A stretch of DNA of 53,057 nucleotides, counting the filler, from Sphacelaria rigidula (lineage: Eukaryota), in assembly GCA_964200075.2 (NCBI GenBank). It is 4 parts of 4 records of this genome, joined end to end, with 100 filler letters (N's around TTAATTAATTAA, not from the genome) between each part and the next. Parts side by side here need not be neighbours in the genome. Positions count along the whole stretch, not along the records: positions 39,871 to 53,057 come from CAXNAA020003083.1; 3 more parts are not named here. One strand, written 5' to 3'. A program made the translations under genes and the position numbers. This document shows, in pieces, positions 40,337 to 53,057 of the stretch (positions are counted from its first letter, which is position 1; the number at the start of each line of letters is the position of its first letter). The notes beneath the pieces were generated by a model. The model was given only the letters and a program-made list of their open reading frames with translations, ran no database searches and was not told the origin of the DNA.

Positions 40337-43300
40337 CTGTGCGTTCAACAGTGGTTGCTGAGACGGGTCCACGCCGCCAACATCACTGCCACCGACGCCG
40401 CCGTCGCCTTGCTGCTGGTACAGCTGCTGCTGATAATGGTGCGGTTGCTCGTGCTGCATTTGCTCGCGCATCAGCTCTTGCTGGACCGCAGCCTTCATCC
40501 AGCTATCGGCCTGAGGCGGTAGCACAACGTCTTCCGCCGCGACCAACCCACCACCACCGCCGCGGCTTGCGCTAGGTGTGGCCGCTGGAGCTTCGCCTGG
40601 CCCCCAGGTCATCTGTGTGCGGCAGATCGATTTCGATTTCGATTCATTGGAGGCGAGAGGCAGACGACACTTGAAAAATATGATTCTCTCAAAACACGTG
40701 ATACACGGAAGAATATTGGTGACGCAGCGAACGATTGATTTACTTGCGCAAGTGAATGAAGGCGAGCTGATAGGCGATCGAGCTTTTGTTCGCCGGCTGA
40801 TTCTGGGGTGCGGGTCGCCCTCTTCATGTACGCTCAAAAACGCACCTCAAAAAAAATAAACGTCGAAAGAGAAAGGGAAACCACGCGAGGACGTGTTGGT
40901 AAACGAAGCGCGGCAGTCAACGAAACTTCAATATCGTCGCCGCGCCCCGGTGGTTTTATGGTACAACGTTCACTATGTTGTACGCAGAATGCAACTTCGA
41001 CTTCCGGCAGATACATCTGGTTCGATCCTTTATGAAGCGACTTTGATTTCCGTCTTCGGAAATGTGGGGACGTACGTGAGTAGCAAGAACAGTTTGTTCA
41101 ACGAGGGTCGGTGCGGTGCGGGAGTGCTAATGCAACCCGCGATACCGAATTGCTAAGCGTGTACCGGGGTAGAGACGGGTAGATCCCATGACACCAACGG
41201 ACTCGTCCCGAGGAAGAGGAAGGACTGAAAGTGTGACGAATTCATTCAAACATTTACCTAACGGTGTATCGGGATTGAAGTTAGGGTAATAAAGTTACTG
41301 ACAGGGAGTGGGATAATAATCCACACGACTGACAAAATGCACGTGATATCTGCACCAAAACAGCTTTAATGGAACATGACATGGAAAGGAAGCCTCCCTG
41401 ATTGACTTCGTGTCTGGAAAAAGCCAGACCCCCCACAGATGGCACTCGATTGAAAACGAGTCGACAGGCTGGTGCGCTTTCGATCAGGCACCCCACGTGG
41501 CCTAGATAGACTGGCGGGGCGCACGCCGTCGTTATGAGAGCTTGGATTTCATTTCAACTGCCGTGTGTGGGCGTGTGCCCATCTTCGCCCGCTTGAGTCA
41601 TATCACGCTTAGCTGTCATCGCGACTGCCATTCTCCGAGGTGAATATGTAAGTTTGAGAGGACTACTCGAGTGGGGTTACCAATATTGGTCACCATGATC
41701 TCAATCGAGATTAAGATAAATATCGCCCGCCAAAACTCGCTGACCGACATAACGGCGTACCCGAGGGAACGAGGACCTTCGACACAGAAAACTACATTTT
41801 TGAACAAGCTTCGTAACGTACACATATCAGTCCAGAGAGACAGACAATAGCCGAAATATGAAAATGTATGTTGCAGTTATTATTGCGGTATGGCCGAGGC
41901 GTTAAAGATCACGTGCGATGCCTGAGTGGCTTGACAACACCGAGTCAATCTTCTCAGGGGGCGTACTCGTACATCAAATACGTGGACAATAGGAGCACCA
42001 ACGAACTGGTCTGCATTTCGGCCAAGGTAAATACATTTGACAATCGGTCGCGAGCATACAGAAAGAAGTTTCCCGAGAAGCGCAAATGACACGTTCACGA
42101 TATGTCCCCTTACCGCTACAGGACTAGAGTGTTGATCCGACGGATACCAGTTGCCGCCGGCGCCGGACATTTCCGCAGCGACGTGCATCGGCAACGGCTG
42201 TCCTCTCGGGCCCACAAAGTACCCCGCTGCCGTGGGGTTGAAGACGCCCTGCACATTATCGATTCCGGCATAGGCGACATAGATATATGTACACAGATGG
42301 GGAAAATAGCGACGAGGAAGGTAGAGCACGGTCAGAATTTACGGTGCCCAGCAATCAGAGATAATGAATTTTTCACAACATCAGCGGGGAGTTTCGAAAA
42401 CTGCTGGACACGTCGACCAGACATGGGGACAGGAACCACTTCACTCGGGATGCAGGATCGATCCAGGATACACGAGTGCGGGTGCGGAATCAAGACAGAA
42501 AAGAGGCGCAGCACGCTGCGGAAACGGTCACGACATGCTAAACGACTCCAAACCGTTATCCAGAAAATAGTGACTGCCTCAACAACAACATTCCCACCCA
42601 CGCACACACACGCGAGAAATGAAAAAAATACCGTCAAAACCATCTCTTACCTGCATCTGGAGCTCCGGCGGACCCATCCCAACCCCAATCCCCCCCGGCG
42701 GCGGAGGTATGCCCATCGGTAAGGGCAGCATGCTACCTCCCGGTCCTGCCGCGCCCATGTGGTGTGGGTGCGGCATGACCTGCCCCGCGAGAACGGGGGG
42801 GGGGACAGCCATTTCGGGGTGAGTTGATAGAGGTGACTCCGTTGCGGCAGTTGGGTGATGGTGCTGCTGTGGCACAGGGTGCGGCGACATATGGTGCTGC
42901 GGGACAGGGGTGTGTAACGAAGCGGCGGGAATTCCGCCGCCTTCATGGCCGCCGCTGCCGCCCGTGTCTCCGTTCTTCTGGCTGTTGATTTGAGGAGGGT
43001 TGTGGGTGTGGTTACTGGTGTTGTGTGGGTTGCTGTGGATGGAATTGCGATTACTGTTCACTCTGTGTCGTTGCTGCTGCTGTAGTTGGTGATCGTGCAG
43101 CTCGCGCTGCTGCTGCGCGTGTTGCTGCGCGAGCGCCTGCGCCGCGAGCTGCTGTTGCTGCTGCAGCTGTACCGGTAGCGGGGGCTGTTGTTGCTCCTGC
43201 TGGGACGTTTGTTGTTGCGACATATGTTGTTGCTGACCCCCTTGGCCATTTTCCAAAGATTGACCCATCTGATCCTGCTCTATTTGCATCCTTCTCAATT

Positions 43301-46300
43301 GTTCCTGCGACGTTCACACAGCGGCATCGACGACAAATCGTTCAGAGCGCCGAGTGCATTAATCGCTGAATAAAAAAGTGGGCGACGTATCAAGCGAACG
43401 GCAGGGTGTAACTTGAGCCACGACAGAGTGGGTAACGAAAACACCGAGCGGTGCGGGCAAAACCCTCGCCTGGACCGTCAAGACCGCGTATTACGCGCCT
43501 GACCAGCACGGCATAGCCTCAGCAGTGTATGATACCCGCAGTGTGCAACGCCAATGCAAATCTGTTCATGACCTACCCCACAAATACAAGCCATGTGACG
43601 AAAAAAAAGTGAGGTTAAGGTGAAATAACGGGGGGAACCGAACCATAGCACAGTCGACGTTTCAGATCAGCAGGTAATATGCTCGACAGAACGATGGACC
43701 CAGCGCGACGGACCCACCACACGTACCTGACCGCAAGCACGCACACATGGCTTAACGACAGCAAAATAAGGGAGCGGTACGGCACGGTTGCGTGCAGCAA
43801 CGCGCTTTGAACGGGGCGCGCAAAAGCACAGGTGAAAACACGGTTTGTGCTTGGAGGAATTGTCTAGACCCGAAGAAAGGAGTGCCCGAAACAATCAAAG
43901 TATACTTGCTGTTGTATTCCCGCACCTGCTGCTGCAGTTGCTGGGCTCTCAACGCCTGCTGCTGCGTCTGCTGAAGTTGGATGAGCTGCGCTCGCTGGAG
44001 TTGTTGCTATTTGTTTCACGAATCAGGGCCGGAAGGGTTAGGTGAGGGACGGGGAAGGGAAAGGGAGGGGGGTGTTGAAACAGTTCGCCAAGATCACACA
44101 TCAGACGGTGGACTCTAGAAGCGATTGACCAGCAACGAATTTGCAAAAATTCAGTTGGCCACAGATCTCATCGAGCATTCCCGTGCGGGTGCGGATTAAC
44201 CAGTTTGGGCGCTCGTCACGATGTCGGACATATATTGCGTGAGCCAGCTTGAAGTGTCGCCTTCTGCACTCCGTAGCCTAGGGCACAACTAATCGGTAAC
44301 GCTCGCAGTTTGGGACTACGCGGAAACATGAGCCGAGATGTTGTCCTTCCCACCCGGTGTTCAGTAGTGGGCGGTCTAACTATTCAGGGGTGTTTGGGGG
44401 TTTTCCTCGCGTACTGCCCTTCGATAAAGCTCGAAATTGCTAGCGGCAGTAAGTTTTGGTACAGTATAAAGATCATCCTCAAAACACAGTGCCCAAGTCA
44501 GTGTCAGTTGGTGTTATCGGGCGATACGAGTAGATACCCCGTTCATCAGGAGGGTGTTATTGACCGTGAACACACCATTTTTCGGTTTTAGTGCAATGAG
44601 GGTGTAGAATTTCAAAAAATAAAACTGTACATATCCTCACAAATATGATCGGGAAAGGGTCGATCGAACGAAAATACCGAAGAGTAAGAATCTGGGCTGA
44701 AATGAGGTAGGACCCCCGATGACCGGTCAGCCCATAAGTCACTTAAAATTGAGTACAAATACTTCTTTTTTTTCTTGGAATGAGAAGCGGATACAGATAT
44801 TTTCAGATCCGTAATGTCATAAATGGTGGCAAGCGGAAAGGGCTCAAGAATATCGCCAATAATGAAAAAAATCACAAAATGAAACACAATGAATAGTTAG
44901 ACCGCCCACTACAGTACATACCAAGTAAAACTTAGGCAAAGATTATGTTGGACACACTTGACACACATCGAAACAACCCCAACGGACACTAAAAAAGGGA
45001 TGGAATCAGGTTTCTCTAACCTGAGCGACAAGCTGCTGCTGCTGGGCGTGGAGAAGAATCGCGCGTTGCTCAAGCGACAAGTGCGACAGTGGCGCCGCCA
45101 GTGCATCGGTGTCATCGCGCACGACCCTGCCACCCCCAGCACCCAGACCACCATCCGCGAAGCCCATTCCACCGGGCGCGGGAACAGGCGGTACAAAAAG
45201 CGGAACAGTCCCATTCTCAGCGGTCGGCGTTTCGGCTGGAATGGCCGTGGCGGTCGCTGCCGCCGTCACTGCCGCGGACTGCGGAGGAATCCCGGTGGGC
45301 GCGGCGGCGGTGGTAGCGGTAGTTGACGCGTTCCCGGTCCACTGTTTCGCGTTTACTGTCAACGGGGACGTTGATATCTTTGTCTTATCCGCCTGCGATT
45401 TCGGTACCTCCGCAGCTCCTGCTGGTGCTTTGTTTTCCCCTCCGTACCAACCCGTGCCTTCTGATTCCTTCGCGACAGTCTGGCTACTGCCATCCCCCCA
45501 ACCTCCCATGTCGCCCGCAGCAGCGGACGACGGGACCTGCCCTGCAGCGTCGGCGCCACCTGAGCCGGCACCACCCCCCCCGCTTCCTTCCTGCCCGCTG
45601 CGCCCCCTGCCCGCGTTTGGGGACGCATTCTGGCGGCCCCGCCCACCGGCGATGCCGCGCCCACCTCGGCCGCCGCGAGCTGCGGCGCCAGCCCATCCGT
45701 TACTTTCAGGCGAGCGCGACTTCGCGTTGCTTATTGTGGCTGTTGTTCCCGCCTGAGGCCAACCCCCGCCGCCGTCACCTTCACCCGTTTGTGATTGTTG
45801 GTTGGGCCAACTCGAGACCCCGCTCCCCCTGTTGTACGCATTGCTACTATACACGCTGCTACTGCCACCACTGCTCTTGGTGCCAGAAGTTTGCACCCCC
45901 CGTTCCGCTGCCCCCAAACCTCTACCGCCGCTTGTGCCGTCGCCCTGAGAAGAGCGCCTCTCCCTCCCTCTACCGCTACTCCTCCCGCGACCATCAGCAC
46001 CACCGGCAACATTTTTCCCCTGCACCGGCGGCCATGTTAGCTTCTGGACAGGTGTCGCGTCCCTCCCACCTATACTCGCCTGCGGTGTTTCATCCCATCC
46101 AGCCCCACCACCGCCACCCCCGTCAGGCGTTTGCTCCCACGTAGATCCATCATTTCTGCTTCGCGCAACATCTCCACCACCACCCAGCTTCTTAGCCTCA
46201 TCACCCCAGCCTTCCGATATCTCTGCGCGCGGGCTTGCACTTCTACTACCGGACCCAGCCGCCGGGAAGGCGGTCTTCTCCCTGCCTGTTCCGGCGTCAC

Positions 46301-49300
46301 CCCCGGGGGCCTCGCCCAACGCCGGCCAAGAATCGGCCACCGGAGCTGAGTAGCCCCTGCCGCCGCTACCCCTGCCACCCTTCCCTCGACGGCCTCCATC
46401 TCTCTCTTTACCTCTTCCCCTCCCTCCGCCACCCCGCTCGCTTCGTCGTCCATCCTCGGCACTGGTATTATCGCCTTGTTGGGCCGACGACCTGTAAGGG
46501 GTCGTGATGGCCAGAGAGCGGACGAGAGGGAGGAGGGGGGCATAGTCAATTGTTGCTTGCCTTACAGTAGTCTTTCGACCAATGCACGCATGCCTTTTCG
46601 AGACGGAGCACCGTTCCTACTCCTGATAGAGACACCTCCAACATCTGGGTGCGCAATACGTTTCTTCCATACATTACACGAAAACCTTCCTAGTGTCTTA
46701 TCTCCGTCCTGTTTCGCCGTCTGTGGCCACCAATAATCTCCTAGTATAGCCATCGTTTTCTCCACAACGTCTATTATAGTACACCAAACGATTCCATGTC
46801 ACCTTCGTTCGCGTCCCTCATTTCCTTTCTACCGCTTTTGAAGCGGGGGAGGGGGGAGCGGGGCGATGTTGAAAAAGGTGAGGTAACTTTTGGGCTTTGT
46901 GAGTGTAGAGGCACTGATATTTTTGTGACCTATACGCAACCGTAATATCATTTGCCTGTGTGTGAGCCCATGGGTTGCTCGGGTACGGACCAGATGCCAA
47001 TTTCCGCTCGAGCTGTTGCCTTACGCTGAAGTAAAATTTCCGATGGACCAAGACACTCCCTCAGTATCAATCCTCACGCACATACCGAAAGAATAACACT
47101 CTCGATAACTCGACACGACACGAGTCTCGTCAGGAAAAACCCTGGATGAAGTGCCCGCAACAAAATATGGGAGAAATAAGACGATTTCGGCAACGGCCTT
47201 CGCCATGTATCAAATAGCCACCATGTGTAGCACTCCAAAACACTGCTACTGGGCCAAGACAGACCCTCACCGCACCTGCGACCACTGCTGCCACGCCGCC
47301 CCCCGCCTCCACCTCCACCTCCACCGCCCCTCCACGCACCACCACCACCACCACTTCTTCCAGTGGGGTTAGACCAGAAGCCGGAGGTTTTGGCGATTGG
47401 GCGACCTTCTTCCTCGGCTTTGATCACCTCCTAATGTCAAAAACGGATAAGGTCCGGTGGACGCGTGGTGGGACGTGCAAAATGCTACAGTTTCAGATGT
47501 GCACAAGAACTACGAACTGGGCCAGCCAAGAGTTCCTGCAGGTATTGGTGGTTGAATAGTCACACGCAGCTTCATTTCAGGAGTTAGGCCACTCCATGAT
47601 GTATCAGAAAAAAATAACCCGATAGAAAGTGCCTCGTTGGCTATTCTCTGTTGGTTTTCGACTTAGAAGACGGTTAGACAGATGTTGACACTTCGAAGTG
47701 AGTCGCTCTGCTCGCTGAGACCGTTCCAGAGCATCCTTGTGTTTCTGTGGATCGCCATTTTGTTTCGGCAAAACTTCCACTCTCACGAACAGTCATCACA
47801 CACTGGCTGTTTTCCCTGCTGCTTTTATGACTTGACCGGTCATTATTGAAAATGAAAAATTCACCTAGAACAAATCTTCAACATACGGGGAACGTAAAGG
47901 TGCTCTAGAACGGTCTCAACGAGCAGAGCAAGGCATTCCAAGGCCAAGGCGTCAACATCCACGTGACCCTCTTTTCGAGCGAGAAACGACGAAGGAGAGT
48001 CGAAATGGCACTTTTCCACAAGAAAAAAAATACAGGTAAAACATGGCCGCACGAAATGAAATTTTGACACGCGATTTATTCTATCAATGCGCGGAACATT
48101 TCCGAAGCAGCAGAAGAAGACAAGCAAAAAACAGAAACTTAGAGCTATTTGAAATTTCACCAAAAAAAAAGGAAAACCCTTGACTTAGTGAAAAGAATGC
48201 AAAAAATGGTTGTTGCTCACGAACTGCCAGCTTTCACGCATTAAATCCTTGCAGATTTCCGGCTCAAAACTCTCAAACTTGGGATACAGACTCGTTCACG
48301 CTCATCACCCAGAATTGTGTCATCAGGCCGCTCCTTATAACAGACAAAAGTCAAAATCTGCAAAAGTGCCTTTTTGGAGCTTTTACCTCGTTTTACGCCC
48401 CAAGAGAGAGCTGGGCGGAGTTTGACGCCTTGGAATGACTTGCTCTGCTAGTTGAGGCGGTTCCAGGACATTTTCCCGTTTTCCGATGGCCGCAGTATTT
48501 ATTTCGGCCAAAAAGGATTTTTGCCACTTTTCTTGGACTCGACTGTTTTTTACCGTTCTTGGACAAAAATTCTTCGTTGGCCAAATGAAAACTGCGGCCA
48601 CCGGAAAACGGGAACATGTCCTAGAACCGCCTCACCTAGTAGAACAAGTCATTCCAAGGTGCCAAACTCCACCTGGCTCTTTTGTGGGGCGTAAAATGAC
48701 GTAAAAGCTCCAAAAAGGCTATTTTCCACATTTTGATTATTGTCTGTTATAAGGAGCGGCCTCAGCAAATGCCTTCCGCAATACCTACCCAATAGTCGCA
48801 TACATGATATCATAATGACCACCCTGGGCGGCTGAAGAGCGTGACATAGCCGGATTTGTGTGTGAGGTCATAGTGGTAGCGATAAGGGCGAAAAAATATA
48901 TCGACCAATCAGCGCCCGTCAAATTATTCCGAGATCGAAATCACGAATTCCACATCCAGTTTTCACCCAATCTCCACATGCTTCAAATCGTTGTAACCGT
49001 CATCGACACGGGAATCTAACGAAAAAAACATATTTTGAAACGGTTACTACGGGGGTCGAATTATACCCGAAACCGTGATGTTTCGGCCATGTCGGGTGTT
49101 GGCGTCGTCCAATTTCCACTAATGATGCGCACGAAAGACCCAGGGTGCCTCGTGACGGTGTCCCCCATATTGGTTGTAGAAAAGCTCAGATCGCTCTCAA
49201 ACTTGGCAGTTCCGTAGGTATCGACGCTCCGAATGAAAAATTTATTCTTGACAATACTTCATGGTTTTCCCGTTCTCAACCGGCTTCCAGGGGTCCCAGT

Positions 49301-52300
49301 ACGAAGACAGAATGCTGCAACAGAAAAAAGAATGAAATGATGCGTCCCGGGATGGTCCAAGGAACACATGTACAAAGTTTGATGGATAAACTCGAAAACC
49401 TCATACAGTTTTTCTTGCCTTGACGTCAAAATTACCCAAAACGACGTTTCCATACTAAAACCAAGTAGTTAGGAGTTGCACGTTTCAAGCCCCCGTCCTC
49501 CACAAACGCGCAATTCTTCACGCCGTTATTAGGAGTTAGATCCTGAAAATTAGCACAAATATGCGATGTGTCACTACGAAACTTTCTGTCAATGAGGCGT
49601 CTTTTACTTCTTGAGTGTTTCACCGTTTTCGGGAGTCCGACGGGATCCAACTCGTTTCTCGAAGTAGTCTCCATTTTGGGGCCCCGGAAAACCGGCACTA
49701 CAATACTTTTTTTTGTTTCACGCACGATTCGTCGCGCACAACCCAAGTAAGAGCCTCGCCAAAATTTCGTCGCAAAACTCGATCAACTGATGCTTGAATT
49801 TTCATGTTCAAGTCAAAGAAGGCCCAAAAACGCCGTTTTAGTACAAAAATCAGGTAGTTTGCGGTTTCACCGCGGTACGCCAAGGTTTATCGCACAAGAG
49901 CGAAAAACCTCACGCCGTCTGAAGGAGTTAGACCCTGAAATTTTGCAAAGTTGTTCTATGGTGATGACGCAACTTTCGAAGACCAAGGTTTTTGAAAAAA
50001 AAACGTTTTTACGGGGATCCGAATGGATTGGTGTTTTCCCGAAAAAATGGGGGCCCCCGAAAAACGGTTAAAAAAGTTTAAAAGTTAAAAAAAAAACTCG
50101 ATCTTCGAAAGTTGCGTAATAACCCATAAAACATCTGTGCAAAATTCCATGGTCTAACTCCTTAAAATAGCGTGAGATTTGCCGATGAGTGTTTTTTGGG
50201 TGATAGGCGTGAACCAGCTCGTATGCACGCAACCTTTGTTCGACACCACTGCGCCCCGGCAGTCTAGGTGATACAGGAGACTCTAGTAGGGAAGGTCACG
50301 AGTTCGAATCCCGACAAATCCTCTTCTCCCGAAAAAGTCGGTTTCGTCGTTGAGGTGATACGTATATGTTGCAGTAGAGTTTTCATTTATTTTCTTCTGG
50401 CGGCAGAGCGTGCATCAGCAGATTGGTCTGCAGTTCACAGCGATATGCTTACATCGGGCTGATCCAGGAAACTGAAAAATTGTATCAGTTTTCTCGGTAT
50501 GAACGTTTTTAGGCTGGCCCAGCTCGTGGCATAACGGCACGTGGAGGTGTGTTCGAGAGAGGGTGGCATGCAGATCATGCAGCTGTAACTTCAAACGCCA
50601 CGAGTATGGGAACAGTAGAATGGTGAGTACTGAACACAAGTACTACAGCGTCCGAAATGCTACCGGTTGTTAAACGGCCAGGACAGGGGAAATGCTAGAA
50701 TAATAAAGGGCAATGGCCTAGAAAAGGTACGCCTTCTCGTATTTTGCCCAAGAAACGTACGAAAAACGACCAGAAACGCAAAAAACAGCAAGACACACAA
50801 TCTAAACCGATTATGCTCCAACTTTTTCACGCACAGCAATCGGGGGGCTCCTCGGCACCCGTGCCGCGAAAAAAATTAGAAAAAAAATTAGAAAAAAACA
50901 TGTTACTTGCGAGATATGGCAATGCGCAGAAGGAAGTCTCGCCTCCAGAAACCGCTTCCCCTTTCTAGGCCAAAAATTCTCCAGGTATACCTGACTCGGG
51001 AATCATTTTTCAATCGTACCTTATCTGGGCCACCAGTCCGCCCAGAACAAGTACTTATCCTGTGCCATCGCTTCCCACACTGTACCTGCTGCGGCACACT
51101 ACGCGCAAGGGAATCCACGCGCCAACTCCAACCATGGTGCCCACACACTCGGCTTTTTTCTCGCTCATTTGCCGTTCACTAACGCCAAAACGACCACACC
51201 CCTTCTCCGCATCGAGACAAGAACTGGACACACAATTCACAACGCGTCGGTTCTTTGCACTTGCGGAGAATTTTGCAACATCGTGCCGTTGTGATCTGAG
51301 GCTAGTGTCATGTTCCGTTGTATAACTTTATTAGCAGTAGAAGTAGTACTAGTACTACTAGTACTAGGAGTAGTAGTAGTACGAGTATTATTTCCGCATA
51401 TTACCGTATCAACCCTTTTGGGACCCTTTTCCCCCACAATCGTATTTTAGTGGCAGGTGTCCATTTGTGTTTTTTTCAAGTCCAAATGACGTTAATTTAC
51501 AAAAAGGTGTGAATGGCATCATTTTGACTTGAAAACAACACAAACGGACACCTGCCGTAACGCACGACTGTGGGGGGGCAAGTAGGGAAATGTGCCACAA
51601 ATATACGATTGTGAGGAGTCCGGTCCCAAAAGGGTTGACGGTTGTGGCGTTAGGGTTCATAACATGTACGTGGTCGTTGTGGCGTTCGTGAACGGCAAAT
51701 GGGCGGGAAAAGAGCCGAATGTGTGGGCGCCATGGGTGGAGTTGGCGCGTGGATGCCCTTACGCGCAGTGTACCGCAGCAGGTACAGTGTAGGAAGCGAT
51801 GGCTCAGGACAGGTACTTTCTGGGCCGACTGGTGGCCCAGAGAAGGTACGATGGACGAAGAATTCCTACATCAGGTAAATATATAGACGTTGACGAAATT
51901 TGGCCTAATGAGGAAAAGTGATTTCTGGAGGCGAGACGTCCTTCTGCGCGTGGCCATATCTCGGGAGTGACATGGTTTTCTCTGGGGTTCTTTTCCGAGG
52001 CCCCGGTGCCGAGGAGCCCCCCAATTGCTGTGCTTGAAAAAATTCGGAGCGAAATCGGTCTACATTGTGTGCTTCACTGACTTTGAGTTTGTGGTCATTT
52101 CTCGTACCTTTCTTAAGCGAAATACAAAAAGGTGTACCTTTCCTAGGCCAATGCCCAATATTAAATAGCGTTAAAAATCCCTGTGATATATGTTAGCAGA
52201 AGACGGAAACAAAGCATATACAAAACTGGGCAACTCTGCTGGACAGCCGAGTGCATGCCGTCCAGCCCGTAGAGCAAGAGAACCCGTGACCACGCCTCCC

Positions 52301-52417
52301 ACACTTACAGACAAGTTTCTGTATGCGCCAAGCAAAAATGGAACCAACCGTACCTCGAACCCCTCGTGTCCCCAGGGCATATCATCGTCACTATCATCGC
52401 CCTTCTTCCTCCGTGGT
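40337..52417 (-). CDS. Large Gly/RGG- and Gln/His/Pro-rich low-complexity protein, possibly CASC3/Barentsz (MLN51)-like; partial
   Basis: Exons 52417-52354, 47430-47276, 46491-45021, 44006-43926, 43304-42651, 42248-42114 and 40612-40337 have AG/GT boundaries and join in frame. The first junction gives DDDMPWGHEGFE|EVIKAEEEG, resembling the WxHDxFEE motif of the Btz domain. The exon chain is well supported; the family assignment is tentative (about 0.45). Confidence 0.75.
46526..46820 (-). mobile_element. Non-LTR retroelement 3'-end fragment, family A
   Basis: Reverse-complement homologue of 18140-18418; remnant peptide AILGDYWWPQTAKQDGD...CNVWKKR. Confidence 0.8.
48326..48761. mobile_element. 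Fold-back MITE with 3-bp TSD (PIF/Harbinger-like)
   Basis: TCA|GGCCGCTCCTTATAACAGACAA...TTGTCTGTTATAAGGAGCGGCC|TCA; arms pair nearly to the centre; older related inverted remnants at about 47700-47950. Confidence 0.9.
49915..50170. repeat. Local inverted repeat within a repeat cluster (about 49500-50200)
   Basis: AAGGAGTTAGACC.TG.AATTTTGCA...ACGCAACTTTCGAAGA pairs with TCTTCGAAAGTTGCGT...TGCAAAATT.CA.GGTCTAACTCCTT; a direct relative lies near 49530-49590. Confidence 0.65.
50251..50480 (+). mobile_element. tRNA-derived SINE, family 3
   Basis: GCGCCCCGG head, B box GAGTTCGAATCCC at 50300-50312; colinear with 37278-37499. Confidence 0.75.
50708..52156. mobile_element. 1.45-kb non-autonomous element with ~490-bp inverted arms
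   Basis: GGGCAATGGCCTAG...CTAGGCCAATGCCC; 50708-51198 pairs with about 51670-52156; the spacer holds an AGT microsatellite and a nested MITE at 51403-51642 (TCAACCCTTTTGGGACC TIR). Confidence 0.85.
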
Positions 52418-53057
52418 CTGATGATGATGAGATCGCACGTAGTCAGGAACAACGCAGGAAGGCGAGGAAGCACAGCGTCGTGAGTGTCAAGACGGAGGAT
52501 GTGGTGACGAAAGCAAGAGGAGAAGACACACGAACAAAGGCGGACATTTACATCAAGACGTCCGTTATTCGACGTCTATATGACGGAGACGAGAGGGCAC
52601 AACGTGCGATTACAGAGCACTTGCCTGTACGCTAAATACGACCCTCCGACACACAACCCCGGGAAACGAGTATTCAGCGTTTTCTCGCATTTGCGGGTAC
52701 CGACAGTACCCCGGGTATGGTTGATCCGTACGGTACCCCCCCACCACCACCACCACCACGAAGAACATCCCCGGGAGTGTTACTTCGCGTGACTTACAGC
52801 GACAAAAGTGCTGAGGAGGCCAGAGGACAAGCAAGACAACCAAAATAGACACGGGGTACAAACGGCCAGGGCTTTGGAATCGACTCTTGGAAGGAAACCA
52901 CAACCCTGTACACTAGCATTCCACGTATGTAACACCACACACTAGGCACTAGTCATCGAAAATCAAAAGGGGAACAACCTGACAAGGGTCGGACAAGAAA
53001 TGATTCGTCTGGAAAATACTTGGTTTTTGTATAATTGATTCGAATCGCACGAATCAA

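Noticed and set aside
45089..46349. Multiple plus-strand and alternative-frame ORFs
   Set aside because: Shadow ORFs of the GC-rich 1.47-kb exon on the minus strand.
47861..48163. Helical-looking ORF (VDALALECLALLVETVLEHLY) as an exon
   Set aside because: The sequence is one arm of an inverted-repeat remnant related to the 48326-48761 MITE.

Overview
Eukaryotic nuclear DNA, about 50% GC, with long introns full of repeats. Gene style and repeat content suggest a stramenopile, most likely a brown alga (inference). The window is not one locus. It is four contigs of 13191, 13190, 13189 and 13187 bp joined by identical N44-TTAATTAATTAA-N44 spacers, which points to size-sorted concatenation. Each contig carries one spliced gene that I assembled by hand from splice sites and reading frame. 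(1) A two-domain catalase-peroxidase (KatG), minus strand, 7 exons, about 708 codons, 5' end unresolved. (2) Three exons of a PPR protein, plus strand. (3) The 5' four exons of a class IV SIRT6-like sirtuin, minus strand, with a probable GC donor. (4) A long Gly/Gln-rich protein with a Btz/CASC3-like WGHxxFEE motif, minus strand. The rest is a dense non-autonomous mobilome: three tRNA-headed SINE families, two related non-LTR 3'-end families ending in C-rich tails, hAT-, piggyBac-, Harbinger- and Ginger-like MITEs with identifiable TSDs, whole-element fold-backs and tandem arrays. I found no CRISPR array, intact transposase or clearly new multi-gene system. The most unusual signals are C-tailed retroelements sitting at splice acceptors, a MITE carrying telomeric repeats, an intronic array with GNRA-capped hairpins, and a Cys- and sequon-rich, probably secreted KatG.
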